Both the position numbers and the translations under genes were made by a program. A stretch of 64,000 nucleotides of DNA from NCBI GenBank assembly GCA_034670305.1, contig JAXMNT010000012.1:32001-96000 (forward strand). The letters run 5' to 3'. The notes under the pieces were generated by a model. The model worked only from the letters and a program-made list of their open reading frames with translations. It made no database searches and had not been told where the DNA came from. Below, piece by piece: positions 1 to 9,979 of this stretch (position 1 is its first letter; every line of letters begins with the position of its first letter). Source of the DNA: Deltaproteobacteria bacterium (GTDB taxonomy: Bacteria; Myxococcota_A; Polyangia; Polyangiales; Houyiibacteriaceae).

Positions 1-2019
1 CGGGTCGAAGTGAACCCGACCGTGCCCGCCTCGCTCGCCCTCGCCCGTGTCCCCGACCAGCCGGTCTACGCGATCGGACAGATCGTCGAAGTCGCCAGCA
101 TCGTGACCGACCGCTACGACAACCCGATCACCGACGCACCGGTCGGCTTCGTCAGCGAACCCGCCGGCTCGACGCTCGGCCGCAACCGGTTCCGCTACCT
201 CAGCGACGGAATCTACGTGGTCACCGCGACCGTCGCGCCGCCGACCGAAGGCGACGTGGAACTGACCGCACAGGTGACCATCGTGGTCGACGGCAACGGC
301 CCCTCGGTCCAGTGCACGAGCCCCGCGGACGGTTCGATGTTGAACGCGGTCCCCGGCAGCACCGTCACGTTCGAAGGCAGCGTCGCCGACACGAGCGGCA
401 TCGAGAGCGTGCGCGTCAACGGCACCACGGCCACGCTCGGCGACGGCGGCGACTTCAGCGCGCCGCTCACCGTCGACTTCGGGATCAACTTCGTCGACAT
501 CGTCGCGCGCGACGAGTTCGGCGCCGAGAGCAGCCACACCTGTGCGTTCCTCGCCTCGAACCGCTGGGCGGATCCGAGCACCACCTTCGGCGACACCGTC
601 GGGCTCTCGCTCGGCATGGACGGCATCGACGACGGGGACCGGGCCGATGGCCTCGACTCGCTGAACGACCTGCTCTACCTGGTGATCAACAGCGAAGGCC
701 TGCGCACGCAGCTGCACGACGCGCTCATCGCGAACAACCCGCTCAAACCCGACAGCTGCGACCAGCGCGTCTTCGGGGTGTGCGTGTTCCGGAGCGAGAT
801 CAACTACTTGAACAACCGGCTGGGCGCGCGCACGACCGACCTCACGCTGATCGACGGAGGCATGCACGCCCGGGTGCGGCTCGACAACGTCGAGATGCAG
901 CTTCGGGTCAGTGGCACCGTCAACAACACCGGCTGGATCATGATGGACTACGTCGACATCGACGTGGACTTCGACGTCGCCTTGGCCGGCGGCCGGCCGC
1001 AGATCACCGTGCGGCCGGGCAGCGTGATGGTGGAGGTCGGCCGCATCACCGCCGACTTCAGCGGCTTCAGCGGCCTCATCATCGACATCATCCTCGCGGT
1101 CGCCAACGGCCAGATCCGCGACATCGTGGCGAACATCGTCGGCAACTACGTTTCGACCAACTTCAACGACGTGCTCGACGGAGTGGTCAGCGGTCTCGAC
1201 ATCTCCACGCTCGGCTCGACCTTCTCGGTGCCGCGCATCGATGGCTCCGGCACGCTCGACGTGAACTTCGGCGTCGGCTTCTCACACATCAACAGCAATC
1301 CGACCCGGCTCTTGATGGGCATCGGCACCCGCTTCAGCGGACCCACCGTCATCGCCAACCCAACGCTCGGTGTCGCGGTTCCGCCCGGCACCGCAGGCGC
1401 CGTCGTGCGCGACGATCCGGCGCTCATGGGCCGATCGATGGGTGTCTCGATCCACACCGCGCTCTTCAACCAGGTCTTCCACGCGCTCTGGCGCGGCGGC
1501 CTCTTGCGCGGAACGATCACCGGCGATGGGACCTCGTTCCCAGAAGGCGTGGTCGTCGTTCTCGACGGGTCGCTGCCGCCAGTCGCGGAGATGGACGAAG
1601 AGGGCACCGTCAACGTGGGCATCGGCACGCTGAATCTCTCGCTCGTCTACCCTGGGCTCTTCGACGACCCGTTGCCGGTCACGCTCGGCGCCCGCTCCAC
1701 CGCAAACGTCCGGCTCGTCGGCAACGACCTCGCGTTCGACGGCATCGTGATCGACGAACTCTTCTTCTCGACCCGAGAAGTGAGCCTCGACGAAGAGACC
1801 CGAGAGATCCTCGAGGGCTTCCTCATCTCGCTGGTGCAGTCGCTCGTGGACAGCGTGTTGAACGACTCGCTCCCAGCGATTCCCATCCCCAGCTTCGAGC
1901 TGCCGGCCTCGCTCGCGACCTACGGCGTGCCCGTGGGCACCGAGCTCGGCATCCGCAGCCCGACCCTCGCCAACGAACCGCAGCACTTCGTGCTCCGCGG
2001 CAACTTCGGGAGCCTCTGA
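1..2019 (+). CDS. Large secreted protein, 5'-truncated: Ig-like domains plus putative LBP/BPI (TULIP)-like region
   Basis: Frame open from base 1; Ig-like segment (GPSVQCTSPADG...VTFEGSVAD...VRVNG...FGINFVDIVARD); C-terminal SMGVSIHTALFNQVFHALWRGGLL resembles the BPI/LBP C-domain pattern; stop overlaps next ATG (TGATG). Confidence 0.75.
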   Translation, partial: RVEVNPTVPASLALARVPDQPVYAIGQIVEVASIVTDRYDNPITDAPVGFVSEPAGSTLGRNRFRYLSDGIYVVTATVAPPTEGDVELTAQVTIVVDGNGPSVQCTSPADGSMLNAVPGSTVTFEGSVADTSGIESVRVNGTTATLGDGGDFSAPLTVDFGINFVDIVARDEFGAESSHTCAFLASNRWADPSTTFGDTVGLSLGMDGIDDGDRADGLDSLNDLLYLVINSEGLRTQLHDALIANNPLKPDSCDQRVFGVCVFRSEINYLNNRLGARTTDLTLIDGGMHARVRLDNVEMQLRVSGTVNNTGWIMMDYVDIDVDFDVALAGGRPQITVRPGSVMVEVGRITADFSGFSGLIIDIILAVANGQIRDIVANIVGNYVSTNFNDVLDGVVSGLDISTLGSTFSVPRIDGSGTLDVNFGVGFSHINSNPTRLLMGIGTRFSGPTVIANPTLGVAVPPGTAGAVVRDDPALMGRSMGVSIHTALFNQVFHALWRGGLLRGTITGDGTSFPEGVVVVLDGSLPPVAEMDEEGTVNVGIGTLNLSLVYPGLFDDPLPVTLGARSTANVRLVGNDLAFDGIVIDELFFSTREVSLDEETREILEGFLISLVQSLVDSVLNDSLPAIPIPSFELPASLATYGVPVGTELGIRSPTLANEPQHFVLRGNFGSL

Positions 2020-4184
2020 TGTTCTTGCGCACCTCCAGCATCGCGCTGCTCTCCCTGTTCCTGGCCATCGGTTGTGGCGACGACTCGGCACCGCCGGACA
2101 TGGACGGGGGCATCGACTTCGACGGCGGTCCCGACGGACCGGTGCCGTTCGGCATCGACGTGAGCGTCACCCCGGCGCGCGCGGAGTACCGAACCGGCAC
2201 CGCGATTCGAACCGTGGCGCAGGTCTTCGGCGCGGACGAGATGCCGATCGAAGGCGTGGGCGTCACGTGGACCGTGGAGCCGCCCGAGGCCGTGATCGCG
2301 ATGGACGATCAGGTCTACCAGCTCGTCGGTGAAGGCTACGTGAAGTTCACCGGCTGCACCGAACGCCCCGGACCGCCCACCGCCGAGGAACCCGCCGGCA
2401 CCATCCTCTGCGACTCCGCGCGCATCCTCGTCGACGCGGGTTCGCCCGTGCTCGAAGTCACGAGCCCCGAGCCGGGCGCGGAGCTCGGCGCCACCGAAGA
2501 GACCATGATCGTGGTCGAAGGATCCGCGACCGACACCCGGCCCGTGAACGTCTTCGTGAACGGGGAGATGGTCGAACTCGACGAGCTCGGGCAGTTCCGC
2601 GCCGAAGTCCGGCCGCTCTTCGGCGTGAACCACATCGAGGTGGTCGCGTCGGACGGAGTCACGCCAGACACCAAAGTCGAGATGGACGTGCTCTGGGCGG
2701 ACGCCTACTTGCCGGCCACCGATGGCACGAACCCGCGCGTCACCTTGGACGAGGGCATCCTGATGCAGCTCGGCCAGCGCTTCTTCGACGACGAAGTGCC
2801 GCTCGATACCTCTGCGGATCCGGTCATGACGCGCGACCTCGCGGACGTGTTCCAGCTGGTCCTCGAGAACGTGGACTTCAACGAGTTCCTCCCCGACCCG
2901 CTCGTCGACAACCGGCCAACGCTGTTCCTTCGGGTCACCGACGCGCGGCCGAGTCTGGTCGAAGTGCACATGGACCTGGTCGAGGACGGCGCCGAGCTCT
3001 TCATCCGCATGGGCGCGGTCGATCTCGACACCGAAGGGGCGCTCGAGTTCGAGGGGTCGATGCTCAACCTCAGCGGCGGCCTGACCGCCGGGATCAGCGC
3101 CTTCGCCCATCTGCGGCTTTCCAAGGATGGGGTCGATGGGCCGATCGAATCGGAGATCGACCGGCTCGACGTCGCGATCGAATCACTCACCGGGCGGTTC
3201 ACCGAACCCGAAGCCAACGCGATCCTGCGGCTCGCCGAAGGCATCTTGCGCACGACCTTCGAGACCCAGCTGGCCGATGCGTTCGGCGACTCGCTGCTGG
3301 ATGCGATCCCCGCGATCCTCTCGGACGCGCTCGGCTCGCTCGACTCGGCGCTCGCCGGGCAGACGATCCCGATCACGACGGACCTCTTTCCGCCGGTGAC
3401 CATCGAACTCGACGGGCGGCTCGCCGGGCTGGAGACGACCTACCGTCGATGGCTGCGCGCACCGCTTCAGATGAGCGTGGGCACGACCTCCGAGATCACC
3501 TACCCGGACTCGCGGGGCGCGGCGACCTTGCTGGCCTCGAGCGACCCGCTCTTCCGGACCTCCACGGGCCAGATCGGCGTGAAGCTCGGGGTGCTCAACG
3601 GCCTCTTGCACACGCTGTGGAACTCGGGGCTGCTCGAGATCGACGCCGGCGCGATTCTTCCAGAAGACCTCGCGGGCATCATCATGGACGCCCAGCTCAC
3701 GGGGAAACTCCCGCCGGTCATGCGCCCGCCGCAGGGCAGCGAGACCACCGACATGGTGCTCGCACTCGGACAGGCCGAGCTCTACCTGACCGCGCTCGGC
3801 GCCACGACGCGCTACGGCATCACCATCGAAGCGGGCGTGGACGTTGCGGTGGTCGATGGCGCCGTCACGCTCGACGTCGCCGAAGAGCCCTTCGTGCGGG
3901 CTTGGATCATCGCCTCGACCGACGCGCGTCCGCCGATCGACGGAGACGCGCTCGAGTCGATCTTGATCGCGGAGCTGTGGCCGCCGCTTCGCGACGCGGT
4001 CTCGTCGGGTCTGTCGCTCTCGTTGCCCTCGCTCTCGGTCGGCGACCTGACCGGACTCGCGCCGGCCCTCGCGGGCTTCGAACTCGAGCTCGAGATGGGC
4101 GAGCGCCTCGACGTCCGAGAAGACTCGCTCGTCCTCGACATCCAGATCCTCGGAACCCTCCCGCCGACGATGTCGATGGAGTAG
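2019..4184 (+). CDS. Lipoprotein paralogous to upstream gene (Ig-like plus LBP/BPI-like)
   Basis: Real start MFLRTSSIALLSLFLAIGC (lipobox) at the TGATG overlap, inside track ORF 312..4184; FGVNHIEVVASD and LNGLLHTLWNSGLL match motifs in the upstream gene. Confidence 0.8.
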   Translation: MFLRTSSIALLSLFLAIGCGDDSAPPDMDGGIDFDGGPDGPVPFGIDVSVTPARAEYRTGTAIRTVAQVFGADEMPIEGVGVTWTVEPPEAVIAMDDQVYQLVGEGYVKFTGCTERPGPPTAEEPAGTILCDSARILVDAGSPVLEVTSPEPGAELGATEETMIVVEGSATDTRPVNVFVNGEMVELDELGQFRAEVRPLFGVNHIEVVASDGVTPDTKVEMDVLWADAYLPATDGTNPRVTLDEGILMQLGQRFFDDEVPLDTSADPVMTRDLADVFQLVLENVDFNEFLPDPLVDNRPTLFLRVTDARPSLVEVHMDLVEDGAELFIRMGAVDLDTEGALEFEGSMLNLSGGLTAGISAFAHLRLSKDGVDGPIESEIDRLDVAIESLTGRFTEPEANAILRLAEGILRTTFETQLADAFGDSLLDAIPAILSDALGSLDSALAGQTIPITTDLFPPVTIELDGRLAGLETTYRRWLRAPLQMSVGTTSEITYPDSRGAATLLASSDPLFRTSTGQIGVKLGVLNGLLHTLWNSGLLEIDAGAILPEDLAGIIMDAQLTGKLPPVMRPPQGSETTDMVLALGQAELYLTALGATTRYGITIEAGVDVAVVDGAVTLDVAEEPFVRAWIIASTDARPPIDGDALESILIAELWPPLRDAVSSGLSLSLPSLSVGDLTGLAPALAGFELELEMGERLDVREDSLVLDIQILGTLPPTMSME

Positions 4185-4206
4185 CCGGGGTTGCGCGAAG
4201 CCTAGG

Positions 4207-4278
4207 CCGTTCGAGTCGGCCAACTTCACCGACATCGACGAGGGCATCGCCTGGGTGAAAGCCCGCCTGCCCACCTGA
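4207..4278 (+). pseudogene. Orphan 3' end of a STAS/SEC14 (SpoIIAA-like) gene
   Basis: Reads PFESANFTDIDEGIAWVKARLPT* with coding-like codon usage, matching the F-x-D-x-x-E-A/G-x-x-W terminus of that family; no in-frame start in the intergenic gap. Confidence 0.45.
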
Positions 4279-4326
4279 GCGCCCGCAGCAGGTGACCACG
4301 CGGACTTTGCCGGCGCGTTGGATCGC

Positions 4327-5712
4327 CTAAGCGGCTTCGGCTTCGACGGCGGCGGCGCTCTCGGCTCGGTAGCTCTGGAGCAGCCACCGGGCGAGCACGA
4401 GCCAGGTCACGATGAGCACGAGGTTCACGCCCGCGAATCCGCGGGGGCCAAACTCCATCCAGGTGGTGCCCGCGAACACGAGGCCGGCGCTGAGCACATC
4501 GCCCGAGCGCACCACCAGCGTGTCGATGGTCTGCTTCGCCTTGTACTTGTCCTCGCGTGAGGTCGGCAGCCAGAGCATCGCCCGGGCGGTGTTCATGATG
4601 GAGTAGTCGGTCGCGTTCTCCGCCGTCTTGGCCCAGCGGAAGACCATGAAACCGACCCCGAAGAACGCGAGCCCGTAGCCCACGCCAGCGACGATGGGCA
4701 ACGCGAGCAGCGCACCCGCGATGCCGAACTTGTCGACCAGACGCGAAGCGAGGAACGCCTGCATGGTCACCGACGCGACGTTCACCCAGAGAAAGAAGTT
4801 GCCGTAGAACTCGCCGACGTAGGACTTGCGCCACTCGTCCACGTCTTCGATGACGCCGCCCGCCAACGCCGCACGCTGCGCTTCGTCCGTCAGGGCGATG
4901 ACGTACTCGCTCAGCACGTATTCACCGGTCGTGTTCACCAGGTTGAGCAGGAGAATGAGCGCCGCGATCTGTCCGATGTACTTGCGCCGAAAGAGAAGCT
5001 CGAAGCCCGCGACCGCCGCACGCAACGCGGACTGCTTCGGCTCCGGTTTGACGAGGTTCACATCCGGCCGGCGGAGCACGAGCGCATAGAGCACGCCGTG
5101 CACCACCAAGAGGCCCGCCGCGACCTGCAATACCGCGCCGGGACTGACCTGTTCTCCGAAGAGCCGGCCGGCCAAGAACGACCCGGCGAACGCGCCGCCG
5201 GTCATGCCGATGCCGATGAAGGGGAAGATGCGCTCGCCGTGCACGCGCGGGTACACCTCGTTCGCGAAGCCCCAGAAGAGCGCGATCGACGAGAGGCTGA
5301 AGATGCCCACCCACACGAAGAACACGAACCCGATCGGCAGCTCACCCGCCCACGCGAAGTAGAACGCCTCGATGCACACCAGGAAGAACGCGACCATGCC
5401 GAAGAGCAGCCGGCGGGTGTCGACCGCGCTCGTCAGCCAGTTGAAGAGCGGCAGCACCGCGATGAGCACGCCGGCCTGCACCGCGCTCGCGTAGCTCTTG
5501 AGCTTCGGTCCGTCCTCGAGCACCAGGATGAGCGGCTCGCGGGTGGTCTTCAGCACGTAGTACGCGAAGAGCACCACGAAGATGTTCACCATCATGAGCA
5601 GCGCGGTGCCGCCTTCGCCCGCGCGCACATCCGCGAAGGGGCGGAGCGCGCGGTCGAGCAAGGTGGGCTGCTGGACGGGTTCGGCCGGCGCCGGCTCGGA
5701 AGGATCGACCAC
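4327..5712 (-). CDS. Npt1/Npt2 (TLC ATP/ADP carrier-like) MFS nucleotide transporter
   Basis: YYVLKTTREPL, FFVWVGIFSL, FWGFANEV, DYSIMNTARAMLWLPT, KYKAKQTIDT motifs; many TM helices; GTG start inferred at 5712. Confidence 0.85.
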   Translation of the reverse strand: MVDPSEPAPAEPVQQPTLLDRALRPFADVRAGEGGTALLMMVNIFVVLFAYYVLKTTREPLILVLEDGPKLKSYASAVQAGVLIAVLPLFNWLTSAVDTRRLLFGMVAFFLVCIEAFYFAWAGELPIGFVFFVWVGIFSLSSIALFWGFANEVYPRVHGERIFPFIGIGMTGGAFAGSFLAGRLFGEQVSPGAVLQVAAGLLVVHGVLYALVLRRPDVNLVKPEPKQSALRAAVAGFELLFRRKYIGQIAALILLLNLVNTTGEYVLSEYVIALTDEAQRAALAGGVIEDVDEWRKSYVGEFYGNFFLWVNVASVTMQAFLASRLVDKFGIAGALLALPIVAGVGYGLAFFGVGFMVFRWAKTAENATDYSIMNTARAMLWLPTSREDKYKAKQTIDTLVVRSGDVLSAGLVFAGTTWMEFGPRGFAGVNLVLIVTWLVLARWLLQSYRAESAAAVEAEAA

Positions 5713-5716
5713 GCGC

Positions 5717-6538
5717 CTAGCTAGCAGTCTCGTCTGGCGCGGGCACCCCGGGCGACGCGGCGTTGCCCGACGCGGAAGGAGGGGCCTCGGGCGCCACAAG
5801 CGCCGCAGTGCTGGCTTCGGGAACCGCAGTGCTGGCTTCGGGAACCGCAGTGCTGGCTTCGAGCGCCGCAGCGGTGGTCGTCGCGGCGCGGTGCTGCGCG
5901 CGTCCGAGGTGCACCCTGGGGCGCGCGGACTTCATCTGGGCTTCCGCCGCGTCGACGGTGTCCGCGTCGCCGCGCACCACCAGGACGATCGCCGCCACCA
6001 TCGAAGAGCGGCCATGGCCCGCGGCGCAGTGAATGTAGTGCGGCCCCTCCGAAGCGAGGACCGATTGCGCGAATGGCAAGAGCGGCGAGAGCGTGTGCGC
6101 GGTGCCATCGAGCGTGGGCAGACAGAGGTAGTTCAGGTCCGCGCGGATCGCTGGGGCTTCCAAGAACTCGCTCGTCATATCCACCACGGTGCGCACATCG
6201 GCGGGCATGCGCCGCCGCCCGATCAGACGGCCCACGTAGATGCCCGGCGCGACCAAGTCGTACGGGTTCTCACCGAGCAGCTTGAGCTGAAGCAGGCGGG
6301 TGAACTGAGACACCAGCAGAAACGGGCCCACCACCAGGTACGCCCACAGCGCTCGGGTGCCGTCCGCGCGTTTGCCGAACACACCCGGCCCCGCGCCTGC
6401 GTACCCGATCGCCGCGACCCCGAAGCCGAAGGCGAGCCACGCGGGTGCCCAGACGATCCAGGGCGAGAAGGGCACGAGCTGCCACGCGAGCAGGGCGAAG
6501 CCGAGCGCGCCGACCGCCAGCAAGAACGCGTACCGCAT
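5717..6538 (-). CDS. Membrane-anchored dual-specificity phosphatase family protein
   Basis: Catalytic HCAAGHGRS (HCxxGxxRS), PTLD acid loop, N-terminal TM helices. Confidence 0.85.
   Translation of the reverse strand: MRYAFLLAVGALGFALLAWQLVPFSPWIVWAPAWLAFGFGVAAIGYAGAGPGVFGKRADGTRALWAYLVVGPFLLVSQFTRLLQLKLLGENPYDLVAPGIYVGRLIGRRRMPADVRTVVDMTSEFLEAPAIRADLNYLCLPTLDGTAHTLSPLLPFAQSVLASEGPHYIHCAAGHGRSSMVAAIVLVVRGDADTVDAAEAQMKSARPRVHLGRAQHRAATTTAAALEASTAVPEASTAVPEASTAALVAPEAPPSASGNAASPGVPAPDETAS
5803..5861. repeat. 21-bp in-frame tandem repeat, about 3 copies (EASTAVP)
   Basis: CCGCAGTGCTGGCTTCG at 5803, 5824 and 5845. Confidence 0.95.
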
Positions 6539-6684
6539 GGTGGTGCGTGAACCACGCGTGCAAAGACGGCAACCGGCGCAGGTTGCCCACCCGCTGGTTC
6601 GGCAACCAAGCTCGATGCGCCCCGGTCGACACGTACAGACCGCCGTTTGCTTGCGCTCTTGGCTTCTGTGGTTGAGAACGGGGC

Positions 6685-7221
6685 ATGTTCCGCGTTGCTT
6701 TGATTGGTTTGTGTCTGGTCTTCGGTTCGGTTGCCGTGACGGCGCAGCGCTTCCCTGCCCCGCCCGCCCACAACGACCCGGGCCTCGAGCGGCCGCCGCC
6801 GCGCCCCGGCGCCGATGGTGCCCAAGACCGCGCCCGCGCCCTCTTCGATGCGATCAAACACAACGACCCGGAGCGCGGCATGGCGATGTTCATGTCGCGG
6901 GAGGTGTTTCGGCAGATCAAGGGCGTGGCGGATCCCGACCACTTCTACGACCGGATGCTCGCGCTCTTTCACCGCGACGTCGCGGCGCTGCACGCGGAGC
7001 TCGGGGAAGACGCGGAGCGCGCGGAGTTCGTTCGGCTCGAGCTCTCGCGTCGGCGCGGCTGGGTCGAGGTCCGGCAGGAGTCGAACCGGCTGCCCTACTG
7101 GGCACAGCGCCACAACTGGCTGTACTACCGGGTCGGCGACGACGAACGCCGCTTCGAAGTGCGCACGATGAACGCCTGGGACGACGAGTGGTACGTCACC
7201 CACCTCAGTGAGTTCCGGTAA
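6685..7221 (+). CDS. Hypothetical secreted protein
   Basis: Signal peptide MFRVALIGLCLVFGSVAVTA; coding-like codon bias. Confidence 0.8.
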   Translation: MFRVALIGLCLVFGSVAVTAQRFPAPPAHNDPGLERPPPRPGADGAQDRARALFDAIKHNDPERGMAMFMSREVFRQIKGVADPDHFYDRMLALFHRDVAALHAELGEDAERAEFVRLELSRRRGWVEVRQESNRLPYWAQRHNWLYYRVGDDERRFEVRTMNAWDDEWYVTHLSEFR

Positions 7222-7290
7222 CTCCTAGTCCCTCTTGCAGTTCCTCCTGCTTCCGAGATCGCCAGCATGACTTCCGCTACACTTGTGCCG

Positions 7291-8706
7291 ATGATGCGCC
7301 GCTTCCTTGTTCGTGTTGGGCCGATTGCCGCTGCGATCGTGATGGGCGCAACCTTCGTATCCACTGCAGGCGCCCAGTGCCCGGCCGAGACGCCGCTGCC
7401 CGGCGAGGGCGGCTGCTACAGCGAAGACGCAGACTGGTACTGGCAGCGGCAGCTCTTCGACGCGATCGACTTCGACTCCGGCTGGGTGCCGGCCGGTGCG
7501 CCCCTGCAGGTGCGGGCCACCTTCCAGCTCGCGGGAGAGACTCAGATCGCGATGGGCGGCGCACCCACCGCGTCGTGGCCGGAACCGATCGAAGTGCAGA
7601 TCCCTGGACGCGACGGCACTGGGTACTTCTCGATCAACTACGGGATGGAGACCCACGCGTACTTTCGGTTCAACGTGGAAGTCGCCGGCATCCGCTACCG
7701 GTTCGAAGACGAGATCGACATCCCGTTCATTCCGGCCGACCTCCGATTCGCCGACGAAGCCGACTTCGACCCCTTCGAACTTCCGCCCGGACTCGGCGTG
7801 ATGCTGGACGACCGCACCAGCCGGTTCGCGCTCGTCGAACTCGATCTCGCGGGTCCGATCGGCATCCCGGGTGTGGGCGGCGGCTTCCGACTCGACACCG
7901 AAGGCGAACTTCGTGCGCACTACCGCACCACCACCATCGTCGTGCGCGACGCCGATCCGATTCTGATGGAAGACGACCTCACCGTGGTCGGCTCGGACCT
8001 CGGGGGTGAAGAGTTCGGCGCCAGCAAAGACCTCTGGGTGCACCCCGAAGGCGTGCTCGACTACGACGGGGCGCTCGTCTTCTTCCCGACGATCTTCTTG
8101 GACGTCGTGGGCATCGACTTCGACTACCCGCTCGCGGAGATCCCGATCGACATCCTCTCGATCATGAACGACGTGGTGTTCGACGACGTGCTCGTGCATG
8201 TGCCGCTGCCCGACATCGACCTGCCGGTGCTGGACGCGCCGGGCCACGTCGACTTCGGCGTGGTCGAAGTCGGCGCGCCTGCGACCGAACAGGTGGTGCG
8301 CATCGCGAACGAGGGCGAAGCCACGCTCGAAGCGATCCTCACCGTCTCGGAGGGCTTCGCGCTCTCGACGCCGGCGCGCATCAGCGTGCCGCCCCGTTCC
8401 TCCGTGTCCGCCGGTGTGCTCTTTCGCGCCGCCGCCGAAGGCCCGCTGATGGGCTCGCTCGACTTCCGCACCAACGACCCGGACGAACCCATGGTCTCCG
8501 TGCCGCTCCTCGCCACCGCCATCGCGATGGAACTCCCGGACGCGGGCCCGTCGGACGGTGGGTTCGGCGACGCCGGCCCCGACGCGTCCTTCGAAGACCC
8601 GGGCTACTCGGGCGGCGCCTGCGGGTGCCGCACCGTGAACGGCACCGAACCGGCGATGGCGCTCGGCTTCCTGTTCGCGCTGACGATCTGGCGCCGCCGG
8701 CGCTAG
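7291..8706 (+). CDS. Surface protein with Ig-like (ASH/choice-of-anchor D-like) domain and MYXO-CTERM sorting signal
   Basis: Signal peptide; VDFGVV..IANEGEATL..TNDPDEP motif; C-terminal GGACGC + hydrophobic helix + RRRR; TACACT box 7 nt before ATG 7291. Confidence 0.85.
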   Translation: MMRRFLVRVGPIAAAIVMGATFVSTAGAQCPAETPLPGEGGCYSEDADWYWQRQLFDAIDFDSGWVPAGAPLQVRATFQLAGETQIAMGGAPTASWPEPIEVQIPGRDGTGYFSINYGMETHAYFRFNVEVAGIRYRFEDEIDIPFIPADLRFADEADFDPFELPPGLGVMLDDRTSRFALVELDLAGPIGIPGVGGGFRLDTEGELRAHYRTTTIVVRDADPILMEDDLTVVGSDLGGEEFGASKDLWVHPEGVLDYDGALVFFPTIFLDVVGIDFDYPLAEIPIDILSIMNDVVFDDVLVHVPLPDIDLPVLDAPGHVDFGVVEVGAPATEQVVRIANEGEATLEAILTVSEGFALSTPARISVPPRSSVSAGVLFRAAAEGPLMGSLDFRTNDPDEPMVSVPLLATAIAMELPDAGPSDGGFGDAGPDASFEDPGYSGGACGCRTVNGTEPAMALGFLFALTIWRRRR

Positions 8707-9656
8707 AGCCGCAGTCCGACGACCTCGTCTTCGCAGAACGGAAGGTCCAACCACGGCGCCCGCGGCCACTGCTTGATCTGAAGCGGGGTACGATCCGGAA
8801 ACGCGCCCGCGTCGAGCAGCCGCCCGTAGTGCACGGTGTGCGCCTGCAGCGAGAGGTCGCTCATCGCACACAGCTCTGCCCGCGTCTCTTCGCGGCGGCA
8901 GTCGTCGATGGCGTGCCCGACCGCGAGGGGATCGAACGTGTCCGGCGGGCGACACCGATCCCCGTTCGGGCGCGCGGGGCCCGGGTCGTTCCCGCCGCGC
9001 CACAACGAGCGGTTGTCCGGGTCTTTCTCGTCCGCGAACGGATCCACGGCTTCCCCGTTGAGCAAGACCGTCAGGTGCACGTGCGGCGGCACCCACGGAA
9101 AGAAGAGCACGCCGTCGATCGCCGAGAAGCCGGTGAGTCCGATGAACTGGCCGCGCGCGACTTCGTCGCCGACCTGCACGAGCGAACGTGCGAGGTGTCC
9201 GCTCATCGTGACGAGTCCTTCGCCGTGGTCGATCACGATCTTGAGGCCGCCGCGGTACATCAGGTTCTCCACCCGCACGACGCGCCCAGGCGCTGGCGCA
9301 CAGAGCCGTGTGCCGACCGGCACGACGAAGTCGGTTCCGACGTGGCTGTTGTAGGTCTGCCGACCTCCGCGAAAATCGCGGGCGTGGGTGGTGCGCACGT
9401 CGTAGCCGCCGGGAGGTGCGTCCGCGTGGTTGAAGAAGTTGAGGACCGGCACCCTCCGGTCGCGGGCACGCCAACCGGCCCAGGTCGCCGGTCCGAGTCC
9501 GGGCCGAAAAATCGCCAGGGAGCTCAGGCCCCATCGACTCGGTTCGCTGAACGCGTCGCCGACGAGCGCCCGCTTGCATTGTTTCAGTCCAGGCACGAAC
9601 GGCCTCAGACCGACCGCCTCGAGAGGTCCGACCCGGTGCTTGAACATGCGGTCCAT
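8703..9656 (-). CDS. M23 family metallopeptidase
   Basis: HVGTDF (HxxxD) and PHVHL (HxH) zinc motifs, VIDHGEG..GHL..VQVGDEVARGQ; start uncertain (9647/9656/9692). Confidence 0.85.
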   Translation of the reverse strand: MDRMFKHRVGPLEAVGLRPFVPGLKQCKRALVGDAFSEPSRWGLSSLAIFRPGLGPATWAGWRARDRRVPVLNFFNHADAPPGGYDVRTTHARDFRGGRQTYNSHVGTDFVVPVGTRLCAPAPGRVVRVENLMYRGGLKIVIDHGEGLVTMSGHLARSLVQVGDEVARGQFIGLTGFSAIDGVLFFPWVPPHVHLTVLLNGEAVDPFADEKDPDNRSLWRGGNDPGPARPNGDRCRPPDTFDPLAVGHAIDDCRREETRAELCAMSDLSLQAHTVHYGRLLDAGAFPDRTPLQIKQWPRAPWLDLPFCEDEVVGLRL

Positions 9657-9979
9657 GCCCAACGATGTGTCGCTCCGATCGCGGACCGTCAAGTGTCACT
9701 CAGTGTCACCACTGGCAACCGCCACGAAATGCCTCGTTTGGCACGGTCGGCGTGACGTTTGCCCGAGCGTTTGTGACGGTGTTTCTGCGGCGTGAAGGGT
9801 ACACGCACCGTGCGCTGGGCGTTGCACGCGACGCGCAATCAGCGGACCTGTGCGAAACAACAGCCCCGCTGGATCGTGGGGACGACAGCCTGCCTGCATT
9901 CTGCAACACGTCCCCAAGCACGGACGTGGGTGTATTGTGTTGCTGCTCGAAAGCATAGAAACGTATGCTTCCGATTCGA

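Noticed and set aside
312-2018. N-terminal 569 aa of track ORF 312..4184
   Set aside because: Arg-rich off-frame shadow of gene 1; the real lipoprotein starts at 2019.
9840-9930. c-di-GMP riboswitch upstream of the cyclase
   Set aside because: A GAAA and one hairpin are present, but I could not build the two-stem GEMM architecture; an Rfam scan would settle it.
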